Assembly (NCBI GenBank): GCA_965214935.1
Contig: CBDCCS010000009.1
Span: 1 to 26,079, forward strand
Source of the DNA: Candidatus Velthaea sp.
GTDB lineage: Bacteria; Vulcanimicrobiota; Vulcanimicrobiia; Vulcanimicrobiales; Vulcanimicrobiaceae
Direction: 5' to 3'
Length of the DNA: 26,079 nucleotides
The notes under the pieces were generated by a model. The model was not told the origin of the DNA. It saw only the letters and a list, made by a program, of their open reading frames with translations, and did no database searches. Positions 8,573 through 17,015 of the stretch are shown here, piece after piece; position 1 is the first letter of the stretch; each line of letters starts with the position of its first letter. Made by a program: the position numbers and the translations under genes.

Positions 8573-8774
8573 CGGCAGCTCTGACCAACCTTAGTAAGTG
8601 AGGTTGTAATCTTCAAACCGACGAGCTGACGAAATACCGTTCTCGCCTGGCCTGGATTGCAGTGGACGCCGTTGCTCTTAACTCTTGAAGAATGATTCGG
8701 TCACGCCGTTCGATCCAAGCCTATGGATCGGCGCAAAGCGCGGCATGAGTTAAAAGGCGATCGCGAGACGAAAA

Positions 8775-9019
8775 TTAGAAGATTCTCCGCCAAAAATCAA
8801 CGCCTAGCACGCGCCCATCCGGCCCGACGGCCTCCGCCGCCGCAATCGCGCTGGCGCCGGCGCCGCAGCAAGCATCGAGCACGGCCTCGCCGCGTTGCAG
8901 CGAAATGCGCTCTACGGTTCGCCGGCCAAGCCGATCCCAGAAGCTCAGTGCCGGCGCATCAAAAGAATCCGCGGCGGCGTTGTAGGTCGCCGCGGCACGC
9001 ATCTTAGCACGTCGATCAC
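8775..9019 (-). pseudogene. Class I SAM-dependent methyltransferase (UbiE-like), N-terminal remnant
   Basis: Motif I VLDACCGAGAS and GRVLGVD are present, then the frame degenerates and stops after ~75 aa. The probable GGAG...GTG start (9019) is out of frame. Confidence 0.75.
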
Positions 9020-9232
9020 GTCGCTGGCTCCGGTGCGGATTGCGATAATTTCAATAGTATTCTCTATTCCGGTTTGAGCCGGTACGCTGTAATTCCGGCC
9101 GCTTACCGGATCTGCGTCTTCGTCATGGCGCTGCGAACGGACTTTGATGCGGCCTAATGGATGCAATTTCGGCCGTGAGCCGAGATAACGATCGTCTCAT
9201 GAGCGCTGAGCGCCGCAGCTTCTGGTGCCGCA

Positions 9233-9835
9233 CTAGTCGTTGTTTCGACTGACGAGTTCAGACCAGAAACGGATCGATTTGAATGGACCAACGGCAGGTC
9301 GTGGCTCGTTCGCGAACTCACGCTCGAAATAATCGGCCAGATCTGCGCCATAGTACATAGCGTCCGATTGATAAATTGAGAAAACGGGATTCCCGGATTC
9401 GTTGGGTTCACTTGGCAGGTAGCGATGGGAAACGAGCGGCACCAACTTGGGTGCTTGGTGTACGACGTCGCGCAGAACCTCCGCCCGCGTTTCGGCGGTA
9501 GCAGGGCGCTCTCCCCATTGCGGCCACCACAAGTCGTTATGCTCGACGTCAAAAAGCAAGCCGCGCAATGGCCAGGCCAGCATCTGCCGAATCGTCTCTC
9601 CGTCGAATCTCCAATCATAGCCGAGGACGGGCCGGCGCTCTAAAAATAAGGCGATCAGATCGGGCGGGAACGTTAACCCAAATGTTTCCTGCGCGAGATC
9701 GAGCTCATGCCGTTGGTAACCTGCGGCCCAAATGCGTCCCTGGGCACGGCGGCTGCGCTCGAAGCCGGTCATGATGATTTCTGGTCCGACTTTCCGATCG
9801 TCGCCTTGCGTCGTATCATTGCGGGGTGTCGTCAT
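9233..9835 (-). CDS. SMI1/KNR4 (SUKH)-like protein
   Basis: ELDLAQETFGLTFPPDLIALFL, LLFDVEHNDLWWPQWGERP and APKLVPLVSHRYLPSEP...GNPVFSIYQSDAMYYGADLADY. AAGG before ATG 9835; an alternative start is 9772. Confidence 0.7.
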   Translation of the reverse strand: MTTPRNDTTQGDDRKVGPEIIMTGFERSRRAQGRIWAAGYQRHELDLAQETFGLTFPPDLIALFLERRPVLGYDWRFDGETIRQMLAWPLRGLLFDVEHNDLWWPQWGERPATAETRAEVLRDVVHQAPKLVPLVSHRYLPSEPNESGNPVFSIYQSDAMYYGADLADYFEREFANEPRPAVGPFKSIRFWSELVSRNND

Positions 9836-9920
9836 CGAACTGCCTTTCGCGCTGGCGTTGTGCTGTCGCGTGGCCAATGTACTAGCTTCAGTTCGTTCCT
9901 TCGCGAGTTGGCGGCGCGCT

Positions 9921-12320
9921 TCAGAGGCGTACGAGTTCGACTCGGCGGTTGAGCGCCTTACCGGCCTCGGTCTGGTTCGTTGCGACAGGCTTTGCGAGGC
10001 CCAAGCCGGCCGCGCGCAAGCGATTACGCTGCACGCGATAGCGCGCGACGAGGTCGTCAACCACGGCATGAGCGCGACGCAGGCTCAGCGCGAGATTGTA
10101 CGGCCCGCCGCCATCGTTATCGGTGTGTCCCTCAACGCGTAGCGTCCAATCGGGATGAGCCGCGAGCACCTGCGCGATTTGCGCGATCGTCGCTTCGGAA
10201 ACAGGTTGGATCGTTGCGCTGGCGACGTCGAAGTGGATGCCGTACAGTCGCACACGACGCCGCGATTCGAACGCTTTGGCGAGCGCGATTGAACCGTCGA
10301 TGAAGATCGTGGCTTGAGCGCTCGCGCCGTCCGCGCCGGCTGCCTTGACGGAATACGCGTGCGAGCCGCTCCAACCGTTGGGAAGCGAGATGGTCGCGAC
10401 AACGGTGTGCGCACCGCCGCCGGAAAGTCGCACGCGAGCGGGGGTCACCCGAGCGGGGAAGTGCGCGTCGCCTTCGACCGAAAGGTTAATGTCGTGCGGG
10501 GCCGTCGTCTTTACGGTCGAGACGAGCTGCATCGCAACGTGGAGTTCGACGGCCGGGCCGGCCGGAAGCGCGCGGTCGACCGACGGGTACAGCGCGAGCG
10601 TAGAAGCGACGCGTGCGTTGCAGGGTAGATCGGCTTGGGCTGGTTGCGCATACTCGAATTCCATGAGCCGCCGAGCCGCGGGAATGGCCGCTTTCAGGTC
10701 GTCGCGATCGAAGCCGTCGTAGATGATGAGGCCACGCCCGTACCGCGCATACGCCTGCACCCATCCGTTCGCATGGAGGGCGTTGGTTGCGAAAAGATGG
10801 CCGCACCAGTGCGGATCGTCGGTCTGCATGAGATCCGCGTCGCCGATTTGCTGCGCTTTCGAGCCGAGATACGCGTCGACGTCCAGGAAATGTGCGGCGT
10901 CGCTGCGCGTCGCGCCGAGCGTCGATGGATCCGCTATGGCGAGCACGTGACCGCGCTCGCCCATCGCACCCGTCGCCTTCGTCGAAAAACGAAAGGGCAA
11001 GAATGTGTAGTCCGAGCGCGAGCACATGTCGGCATCCCGGATGATGAGCTTGTGGCCCGCGCCGACCCAATCCAACAATAGACGTTGGCGGCGCGGCGAG
11101 AGATCGGTCGAAGCGGAGCAATCGCCGTCCAAAATGGCGAAGCTCGCGCGCTGCAATTGTGACGCCGTCAGCAGCGGCGAAAGATGCGTCTCGAAACGTA
11201 GTCGTCGAAAGCTCGCCGCATCTATTTCCGGGGCGTTTTCACCAAGCACGCGCACGAAGGTCGCGACGACCTGCCCGTTGCCGGTCGACGACGATCCACA
11301 CGCGGGCAGTGCCTTGGCGCGCAGCGCGAGGATGGGTTGCCGGCCATCGTTGCCGACGAGGATGTTGCCGTTGCCGGCGAGCTGCAGAACGCCGGCGCCG
11401 GCGCGCGCTCTGCCGTCGTTAAGCGTCGCCTGCCACGGTTCGTAGCGATCGCGGCAGCGGAAAAGCGTGAAGCGGCCGTCCTCTTCGACGGCGACCCGCT
11501 CGTCGTCGTTGCGGTCCAGCGGCGGAAGCGTCTCGGCAACCCGACCGCGCATGCCGCCAAATTGCGTCGCCGTACCCGTCGCCGTGAGGTTGAGCCAAAA
11601 TCCGTTCAGCGCACCGCGTTGCGGCGCTCCCGGCGTTCCCGCCGCGGTTGCGGCGACGACGCTGAGCGGGACGTTCGCCGTTTTCGTAATTGTGAATCGC
11701 ACGAAGCGCGCGTCCGCCGCGATCGCGAGCGCGCGTTCGATCCCGTTGTCGGTGGGAAGCGCGATCGGCACGGTTCCCACATCGCGCAAATGGTGGACGT
11801 CGGTTCCGATTGCCACCGCCACGCGCGCCGCCTTCGCGCCGCGCAACGCGACGCCGACGCGATCGAGGTGGGCGACCGCGGGGAGTTCGTAGAGCAACGC
11901 GACGGGTCGGTTGAACGACGGCGTAACGTCGATACTGCCGTAATCTTGCGCCAGATATTGGGGGTTGTTTTGCAATCCGCCGACCGTCCAACTGCGCACG
12001 AACGCGCCGTTGATCGCGCTGAGCAAATTCGGGCTGGGCGCGGGCGGTGGGGCGGGTAACGGTGCCGGCGAAGAACCACCGCTTGTTGCGTTTTGAACGC
12101 TGGAAGCGGCGTCGGATGGAAGCATCGATGCGCTTGGGCTTGGTGCCGCTGGCTGCGGCGGAGCGAGCGCGGGTGGCGTGGTTGGAGGCGTTGCGGTCAT
12201 CGTAGGCGTCGTGGTCGCCGATATCGCCGGCGGTGGCGAACCTGAGAAAAAACGGAGCACGATGAGAGCGATCGCTGCGAGTGCGACGATCGCCACGGCC
12301 GCTCGAAGACGCGATTTCAT
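9921..12320 (-). CDS. Large exported multidomain protein with C-terminal OmpA-like peptidoglycan-binding domain
   Basis: N-terminal hydrophobic helix, Pro/Thr/Ser linker and C-terminal OmpA motif (YGIHFDVASATI...VEGHTDNDG...NLALSLRRAHAV...GKALNRRVEL). Confidence 0.85.
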   Translation of the reverse strand: MKSRLRAAVAIVALAAIALIVLRFFSGSPPPAISATTTPTMTATPPTTPPALAPPQPAAPSPSASMLPSDAASSVQNATSGGSSPAPLPAPPPAPSPNLLSAINGAFVRSWTVGGLQNNPQYLAQDYGSIDVTPSFNRPVALLYELPAVAHLDRVGVALRGAKAARVAVAIGTDVHHLRDVGTVPIALPTDNGIERALAIAADARFVRFTITKTANVPLSVVAATAAGTPGAPQRGALNGFWLNLTATGTATQFGGMRGRVAETLPPLDRNDDERVAVEEDGRFTLFRCRDRYEPWQATLNDGRARAGAGVLQLAGNGNILVGNDGRQPILALRAKALPACGSSSTGNGQVVATFVRVLGENAPEIDAASFRRLRFETHLSPLLTASQLQRASFAILDGDCSASTDLSPRRQRLLLDWVGAGHKLIIRDADMCSRSDYTFLPFRFSTKATGAMGERGHVLAIADPSTLGATRSDAAHFLDVDAYLGSKAQQIGDADLMQTDDPHWCGHLFATNALHANGWVQAYARYGRGLIIYDGFDRDDLKAAIPAARRLMEFEYAQPAQADLPCNARVASTLALYPSVDRALPAGPAVELHVAMQLVSTVKTTAPHDINLSVEGDAHFPARVTPARVRLSGGGAHTVVATISLPNGWSGSHAYSVKAAGADGASAQATIFIDGSIALAKAFESRRRVRLYGIHFDVASATIQPVSEATIAQIAQVLAAHPDWTLRVEGHTDNDGGGPYNLALSLRRAHAVVDDLVARYRVQRNRLRAAGLGLAKPVATNQTEAGKALNRRVELVRL

Positions 12321-12880
12321 TTCTGCTGCATTGCCGCGGCCGCGGCGGCGCCGAACTTGACGTCTCTCACTCGATATACTTGACCCGAGTCATGGCTCGA
12401 CTCGACTCCGCAAAGGCCGCAGGTAGCACTGCGGAAGCGCGCGATGGACACGATCGTAGTGTCGCACGCTTACAGCGAGCCGACCACCGACGACTCGCAC
12501 AACTACTTCGCACAAGTAATACCGAGTCTGAGGCGATCTCGGTTTAAGATATCGCGAATGTGGAGTGCCCTATGTCCACACCCAAACCGCGCAGTCGTTG
12601 CGCTCGTCCGTATATCAGCAGTCGCCGGCCGCGCGGGCAAGTCAACGCCGACTTGTCGTCAGTCGAGACCGACTACCACATGAGCGTCGCACCTTCAAGG
12701 GCTCTGCACACCTTCTAGCTGGCCATTTGTAGCAAATCCGCGCCGAACATCCGCGCGGCCCCGGCCAAGGGCCTGATGCCCGGCGAACCGCCGCGACCGC
12801 TGCACGCCGCCGTTTCGGCGCGCGATGAAGGCGAGGAGCACGTTACGCTTGCGCCGCGCCACGCAAGCAATGGCCGACAC

Positions 12881-13711
12881 TTAGATGTCGCGCCGCGTGA
12901 AGCTCCCAACGGCGATCGCGAGCATCGCGACGATCCAGGCGATGGTCCACGCGATGAAGGCCGCCGGCGGCGGAGCGCTCGCGCCGAACGGGTTGACCCG
13001 GCCGCTCGCGGCGTCCGACGCGGCCAGAAACACCACGGGTTGCAGCGCATAGACCGCGCCACGCCAAAGAAGATCGGACGGCATCAGCAGCGCGACAACC
13101 GTCGTCGCATGAATGAGATTTGCGTTATTTAAAGCAGTAGCGATGCTCGCCGTGATACCGGCGATCCATGCCACCCCGAAACTGAGAACGGCGATCAGAC
13201 CACCGGCCACCGGCGAGAGTCGCGTGCTCAGCGCGAGCGCCAACGTGACCAGCACGATGCTTTCCGCGATGAGATACGCCGCGGCGAGTACCGGATGCGG
13301 CGGCGTGTATCCGCTGACCAGCCGGATCGCACCTAACTCGACGGCTCCGAACGCGATCGCGTAGCCGGCGACGAGCGTCACGAGCCCCAGCCATTTGCCG
13401 AGCACGTAGTCGGCCCGCGAAAGCGGTCGCGGCAGGATCGCCAGCGCGATGCCGCTATCGAGCTCGTTCGCAATCGCGGGCGCGGCGAGAAAAGCCGCGC
13501 CGACGGCGAGCACCACACTCAATACGAATGCCAAAAAAATGGTAAGGGTCGCCACGATCGCAAGACCGGCGGCACGCTCCGGCGCCGCGCTTACGATCTT
13601 GGCGACACCCCAGGCGGACAGACCCGCAATGATCGCACCAGCGAATGCGGCCACGAGCACGAGCCGTCGCCGCACCGCTTCACGCAGGGTCAGCGATGCG
13701 ATCGTCAGCAA
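12881..13711 (-). CDS. ABC-2-type exporter permease
   Basis: Six hydrophobic segments; motifs IANELDSG...LPRPLSRADYVLGKWLG and C-terminal FTRRDI. Start uncertain (TTG 13711, overlapping the ATPase 3' end). Confidence 0.85.
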   Translation of the reverse strand: MLTIASLTLREAVRRRLVLVAAFAGAIIAGLSAWGVAKIVSAAPERAAGLAIVATLTIFLAFVLSVVLAVGAAFLAAPAIANELDSGIALAILPRPLSRADYVLGKWLGLVTLVAGYAIAFGAVELGAIRLVSGYTPPHPVLAAAYLIAESIVLVTLALALSTRLSPVAGGLIAVLSFGVAWIAGITASIATALNNANLIHATTVVALLMPSDLLWRGAVYALQPVVFLAASDAASGRVNPFGASAPPPAAFIAWTIAWIVAMLAIAVGSFTRRDI

Positions 13712-14630
13712 CAGCGGTCCGCGTATCCGGTGGACGTAAAAGTTCGATGAATCGCTCTTCGAGCGTTGTGCGAACGAGTTCGACGCCATGCACCGCCGCG
13801 CCGAGCGCGACGAGCTCGGCTACGATTGCCGGCACGTCAGCGTCGCTCACGGCCGCTAGCGTGAACCAAGGTGGATCTTCGCTGAGCGAACCATGCCGGC
13901 GCAATGCGGCCGTCACCGCGGCGTCCGCCCGCGTCAAACGAAGCCGCAACAGCGACGATGCGCCGAGCATCGTATCGATGCTTCCGCTTGCGATAACGGC
14001 GCCCGCATCTACGACCGCGATCCGATCGCAGACACGCTCGACCTCGGTCAGCAGATGCGAGTTCAGCAGCACCGCCGTCCCGCGCGCGCGTACATTTTCG
14101 ATGATCGCGCGTACGTCGTGCCGGCCGATCGGGTCGAGCGCCGACGTCGGCTCGTCGAGCACCACGAGTTCAGGATCGCCGGTCAACGCGACGGCGATTC
14201 CCAAACGTTGCTGCATGCCCTTCGAAAACGTGCCGACGCGATCGCCGCTGCGCGTGCCGAGCCCGACGCGTGCGAGGACCTCGCGCGCCTCCGCTTGTCG
14301 CCGCAGCTTCGGAAGTCCGAGCAAGCGCGCGTGCATGGCGATCGTTTCGCTCGCCGAGAGCCAATCGGGATAGCGAAAGAGTTCGGGCAAATAACCGATG
14401 CGGCGACGCGCTTCGCCGTCGCCGAGCGGCCGGCCCAACACGTTCGCCGCGCCGCTCGTCGGATGCGTGAGTCCGAGCAGCATCTTCACCGCCGTCGTTT
14501 TGCCCGCGCCGTTAGGCCCGAGCAATCCGAAGATCTCGCCGCGCTCGATCCTGACGCTGAAGTCGCGCACCGCCGTCGTGCGGCCGAAGCGCTTCGCGAG
14601 CGCGAGCGCTTCAACCGCCGGTGAGGTCAC
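13680..14630 (-). CDS. ABC transporter ATP-binding protein
   Basis: Walker A GPNGAGKT, signature FSKGMQQR, Walker B VVLDEP and H-loop NSH. GTG start overlaps the upstream TGA. Confidence 0.95.
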   Translation of the reverse strand: MTSPAVEALALAKRFGRTTAVRDFSVRIERGEIFGLLGPNGAGKTTAVKMLLGLTHPTSGAANVLGRPLGDGEARRRIGYLPELFRYPDWLSASETIAMHARLLGLPKLRRQAEAREVLARVGLGTRSGDRVGTFSKGMQQRLGIAVALTGDPELVVLDEPTSALDPIGRHDVRAIIENVRARGTAVLLNSHLLTEVERVCDRIAVVDAGAVIASGSIDTMLGASSLLRLRLTRADAAVTAALRRHGSLSEDPPWFTLAAVSDADVPAIVAELVALGAAVHGVELVRTTLEERFIELLRPPDTRTAVADDRIADPA

Positions 14631-15829
14631 TGCAAGGTGTTGGCGATCGCCAGGACGTTGCGCGCCGTCTGCGTCGCGAACACGGCATAAAGCATCCCGT
14701 TCTTCTGCCAGATGACGGCCGCGCCAATGCCGGTATCGTCACCCAGACCGACGCCCTGCACGCCGTCGACCACGACCGGCTGCGTATACGCTTTATCGAT
14801 CGGAACGGGAATCGGCAGCGTCGTTGACAGGTCGCCCAGTGCGTTAAATGCCGCGGCGACGCGCGGCGAAACGCCGGGTTGCGACAGCATGAACGATGCA
14901 AGGCGCGCGATCGATACGCCGGTCGTCGCGACCCGCGGAACCGGCATTTGCACGACGATGAGCGGCAACGAGCCGCCGCGCGTTCCGAGACTCCAATGGT
15001 ACCTTTGCGCTGCGCCGCGCGCCTGACCGTAACCCGCATTGTGAACGACCGCAACGTGCCCGGTCATTGCAGTCGATGCGCCGGCCGGAGCAACGGTGTT
15101 TACCGGCGCGCCCACGCGGAACGTCGTGACATTGCCGTTTTGCATTACGCTCGCCGTGCGACGCATCGCCGTTCCGAGGCGCTGTTTATCCGCTGCGGAG
15201 GCTGCCGTCTCGTAGGTTGCGACGACGGTGGCGCCGATATCGATGCGCAGCGAACTCGCCGCGATATCCGGCGGCAGCGGACGAGTCGCGAAGCGGCTTC
15301 CGGGTTGACGAGTACCGAAGGTCAGCAGCTGCGCCGTCGGGCCGTTGACTTGATAGCCAAGGACGCGAACCCCGCTTGTCGCGGCCGGCTGGCGCAAAAA
15401 GAACCCGGCCGCAGCCACCGCGGCACGCGCGTCGCTGAAGTTGGCCGACATTGGCGTCCGCAGTTGACGCGTCGTCGCGTACGCGGAGAAATCCGGCAAG
15501 CTGCCCAGACTGCGCATGTCGTCGAGCGTCAGCGGCAGTGCCACGACCCGATGCGGCTCGAACGCGGCGAGAAAACTCGTCGCGGTGCCGCGCAACGGGA
15601 ACGCGACCGCCGCCGCGCCGAGCGAGGCCGCGACGATGCCGGCCAGCAGATAGCCGCGCGATCGGACGTGCGCAGCGGCACCCAAGGCCCTAAGTTGCGC
15701 GGAAGTGACGCCGCGTTCGCTCGCCGCGCGACGGCAGCCGACGCACCGGTCGACGTGGCGCGCAGCGCCGGCCGAAACGGCTGTGCCGGCCGCGAGTGTA
15801 TCGAGAATGGCGGGGTCGACGTGAGCCAT
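14627..15829 (-). CDS. Zinc-binding anti-sigma-factor-like membrane protein (HxxxCxxC, TM helix, extracytoplasmic domain)
   Basis: HVDRCVGCR ZAS motif near the N-terminus, TM segment YLLAGIVAASLGAAAVAFPL and C-terminal DLSTTLPIPVP...AVIWQKNGMLYAV. GGAGG RBS before ATG 15829. Confidence 0.72.
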   Translation of the reverse strand: MAHVDPAILDTLAAGTAVSAGAARHVDRCVGCRRAASERGVTSAQLRALGAAAHVRSRGYLLAGIVAASLGAAAVAFPLRGTATSFLAAFEPHRVVALPLTLDDMRSLGSLPDFSAYATTRQLRTPMSANFSDARAAVAAAGFFLRQPAATSGVRVLGYQVNGPTAQLLTFGTRQPGSRFATRPLPPDIAASSLRIDIGATVVATYETAASAADKQRLGTAMRRTASVMQNGNVTTFRVGAPVNTVAPAGASTAMTGHVAVVHNAGYGQARGAAQRYHWSLGTRGGSLPLIVVQMPVPRVATTGVSIARLASFMLSQPGVSPRVAAAFNALGDLSTTLPIPVPIDKAYTQPVVVDGVQGVGLGDDTGIGAAVIWQKNGMLYAVFATQTARNVLAIANTLQ

Positions 15830-16082
15830 GGCGGAGCCTCCGAGAGCGACCCTCTTCAACGAGCCGCGGGCAATCTGCTTTTCGGCAACCACGGTTCGCA
15901 CACGTGAAACCCCGGAGGAGTGCACGCTCCGGAGGCGACGACCGTTTGCCGCTTCTTCTCACGTAGCGAGAGCAGGTTATCTCAGCTTCGCCGCGCGGAG
16001 CAATGGCCGGTAATGTGCCCCGGTTATCTGCCTTTATCGGCTACGCGCGATCTCTATAACGCAAAATCAATAAGCTGTTTGT

Positions 16083-16800
16083 TTTGAGCTTCCGCGCGAT
16101 CCCAGCGACGCCGACCGAATGAGTCGCGTCGAACAAATTCGCGACGTGGTGAAGCGATATGCCGTCGAATCGCTACTGCTTCCGTTGCGTGATCAACGGG
16201 CTGGGATTCAAGGCACGTGGTCTCTGGAAGGCGGCGACCCTGCAAGTCTTCGCTTTCAATTCCCGACCAAGCAGACCGGGACGATCGGCTACATCAAACC
16301 CAACGTCTTAATCGAGTTTGAGTATGCTGATAGCTGCCCGCTCCGGATGTTACGATTTCGCCGTATCTCGTCGAGGCGCTAGAAGACGTTACGTGAGCAA
16401 TTACCGTCCGTGTCCTCGACCCTCAGCGAACATTTCTGAAAGAAAGCGACGATCTTGCACGAGATCGCTCATCGCGACGAGCTGCTTGCGTTTCCACCAA
16501 GTATTCACGCCACCAATTACGACCTCGTGCGCCTCGATAGCACGGCTATCGGCGCATCGGCGGTACAGAACGCGGTGCTACTTGCAGCGGTCGCCCGCTT
16601 CAAGAGCGTCTTCTTCGCATCAAATCGTGCTCGCTACGATCTCGCTAAACGTGGCTCACTGCGGTTCATTCCCCGGCATTCCGCCGCGGGGCGATCGCCG
16701 CCGATTACGTCGAACTGTCTGCCATGATCTTCAGTGCAATTCTTCCATCGTAACCGCCGATACACTGCGAGCGATTCGCCGGCTAGCGCGGCGGTTGGGG
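16083..16800 (+). pseudogene. Decayed AbiEii/AbiGii-family nucleotidyltransferase toxin (C-terminal part)
   Basis: Pieces spread over frames read LRFQFP...GYIKPNVLIEF / VTISPYLVEAL...*...VRVLDPQRTF / *KKATILHE...YDLVRL...FKSVFFASNRARYDLAKRGSLRFIP / AIAADYVELSAMIF. There are at least 3 frameshifts plus in-frame stops. Boundaries are approximate. Confidence 0.72.
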
Positions 16801-16868
16801 AAAATCGTTGCGTGTGCTGGTCGACGGAGTCAAATGACGCGGAACGTTTTTATACATTAGGCCGAATT

Positions 16869-16943
16869 TGGTAGCGCCAACGGGAGTTGAACCCGTCTCT
16901 CCGCCTTGAAAGGGCAGCGTCCTAACCGATAGACTATAGCGCC
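16869..16943 (-). tRNA. tRNA-Glu (TTC)
   Basis: GGCGCTATAGTCTATCGGTTAGGACGCTGCCCTTTCAAGGCGGAGAGACGGGTTCAACTCCCGTTGGCGCTACCA folds as a cloverleaf with anticodon loop CTTTCAA and encoded CCA. Confidence 0.96.
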
Positions 16944-17015
16944 AAGCACTAGGTAGACTGTTGGATTCGCGGGACTGTTGCACGTTGCGCTTCGAACCCC
17001 GCCACTGCGAAAACG

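Noticed and set aside
8581..8640. CTGACCA/CTGACGA words near a hairpin, suggesting a hammerhead or Moco riboswitch
   Set aside because: Conserved core nucleotides are in the wrong order or substituted, and no Moco-motif elements are recognisable.
12357..12380. TTGACG...TATACT sigma70-like promoter
   Set aside because: The spacer is only 12 nt rather than 16-18.
12386..12720. CRISPR or fixed-period (e.g. 36-nt) repeat-spacer array
   Set aside because: There is no conserved direct repeat of adequate length or constant period and no cas gene; kept only as a hairpin-rich region.
12695..12880. 61-aa ORF right after the permease, and + strand ORFs 12281-12547 and 12444-12683
   Set aside because: No RBS, no recognisable motif, and atypical composition or inconsistent codon bias.
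14879..15907. 342-aa plus-strand Arg-rich ORF (likewise 11337-12059, 13645-14373, 13893-14624, 21775-22623)
   Set aside because: Shadow ORFs opposite well-supported genes, with no protein-family features.
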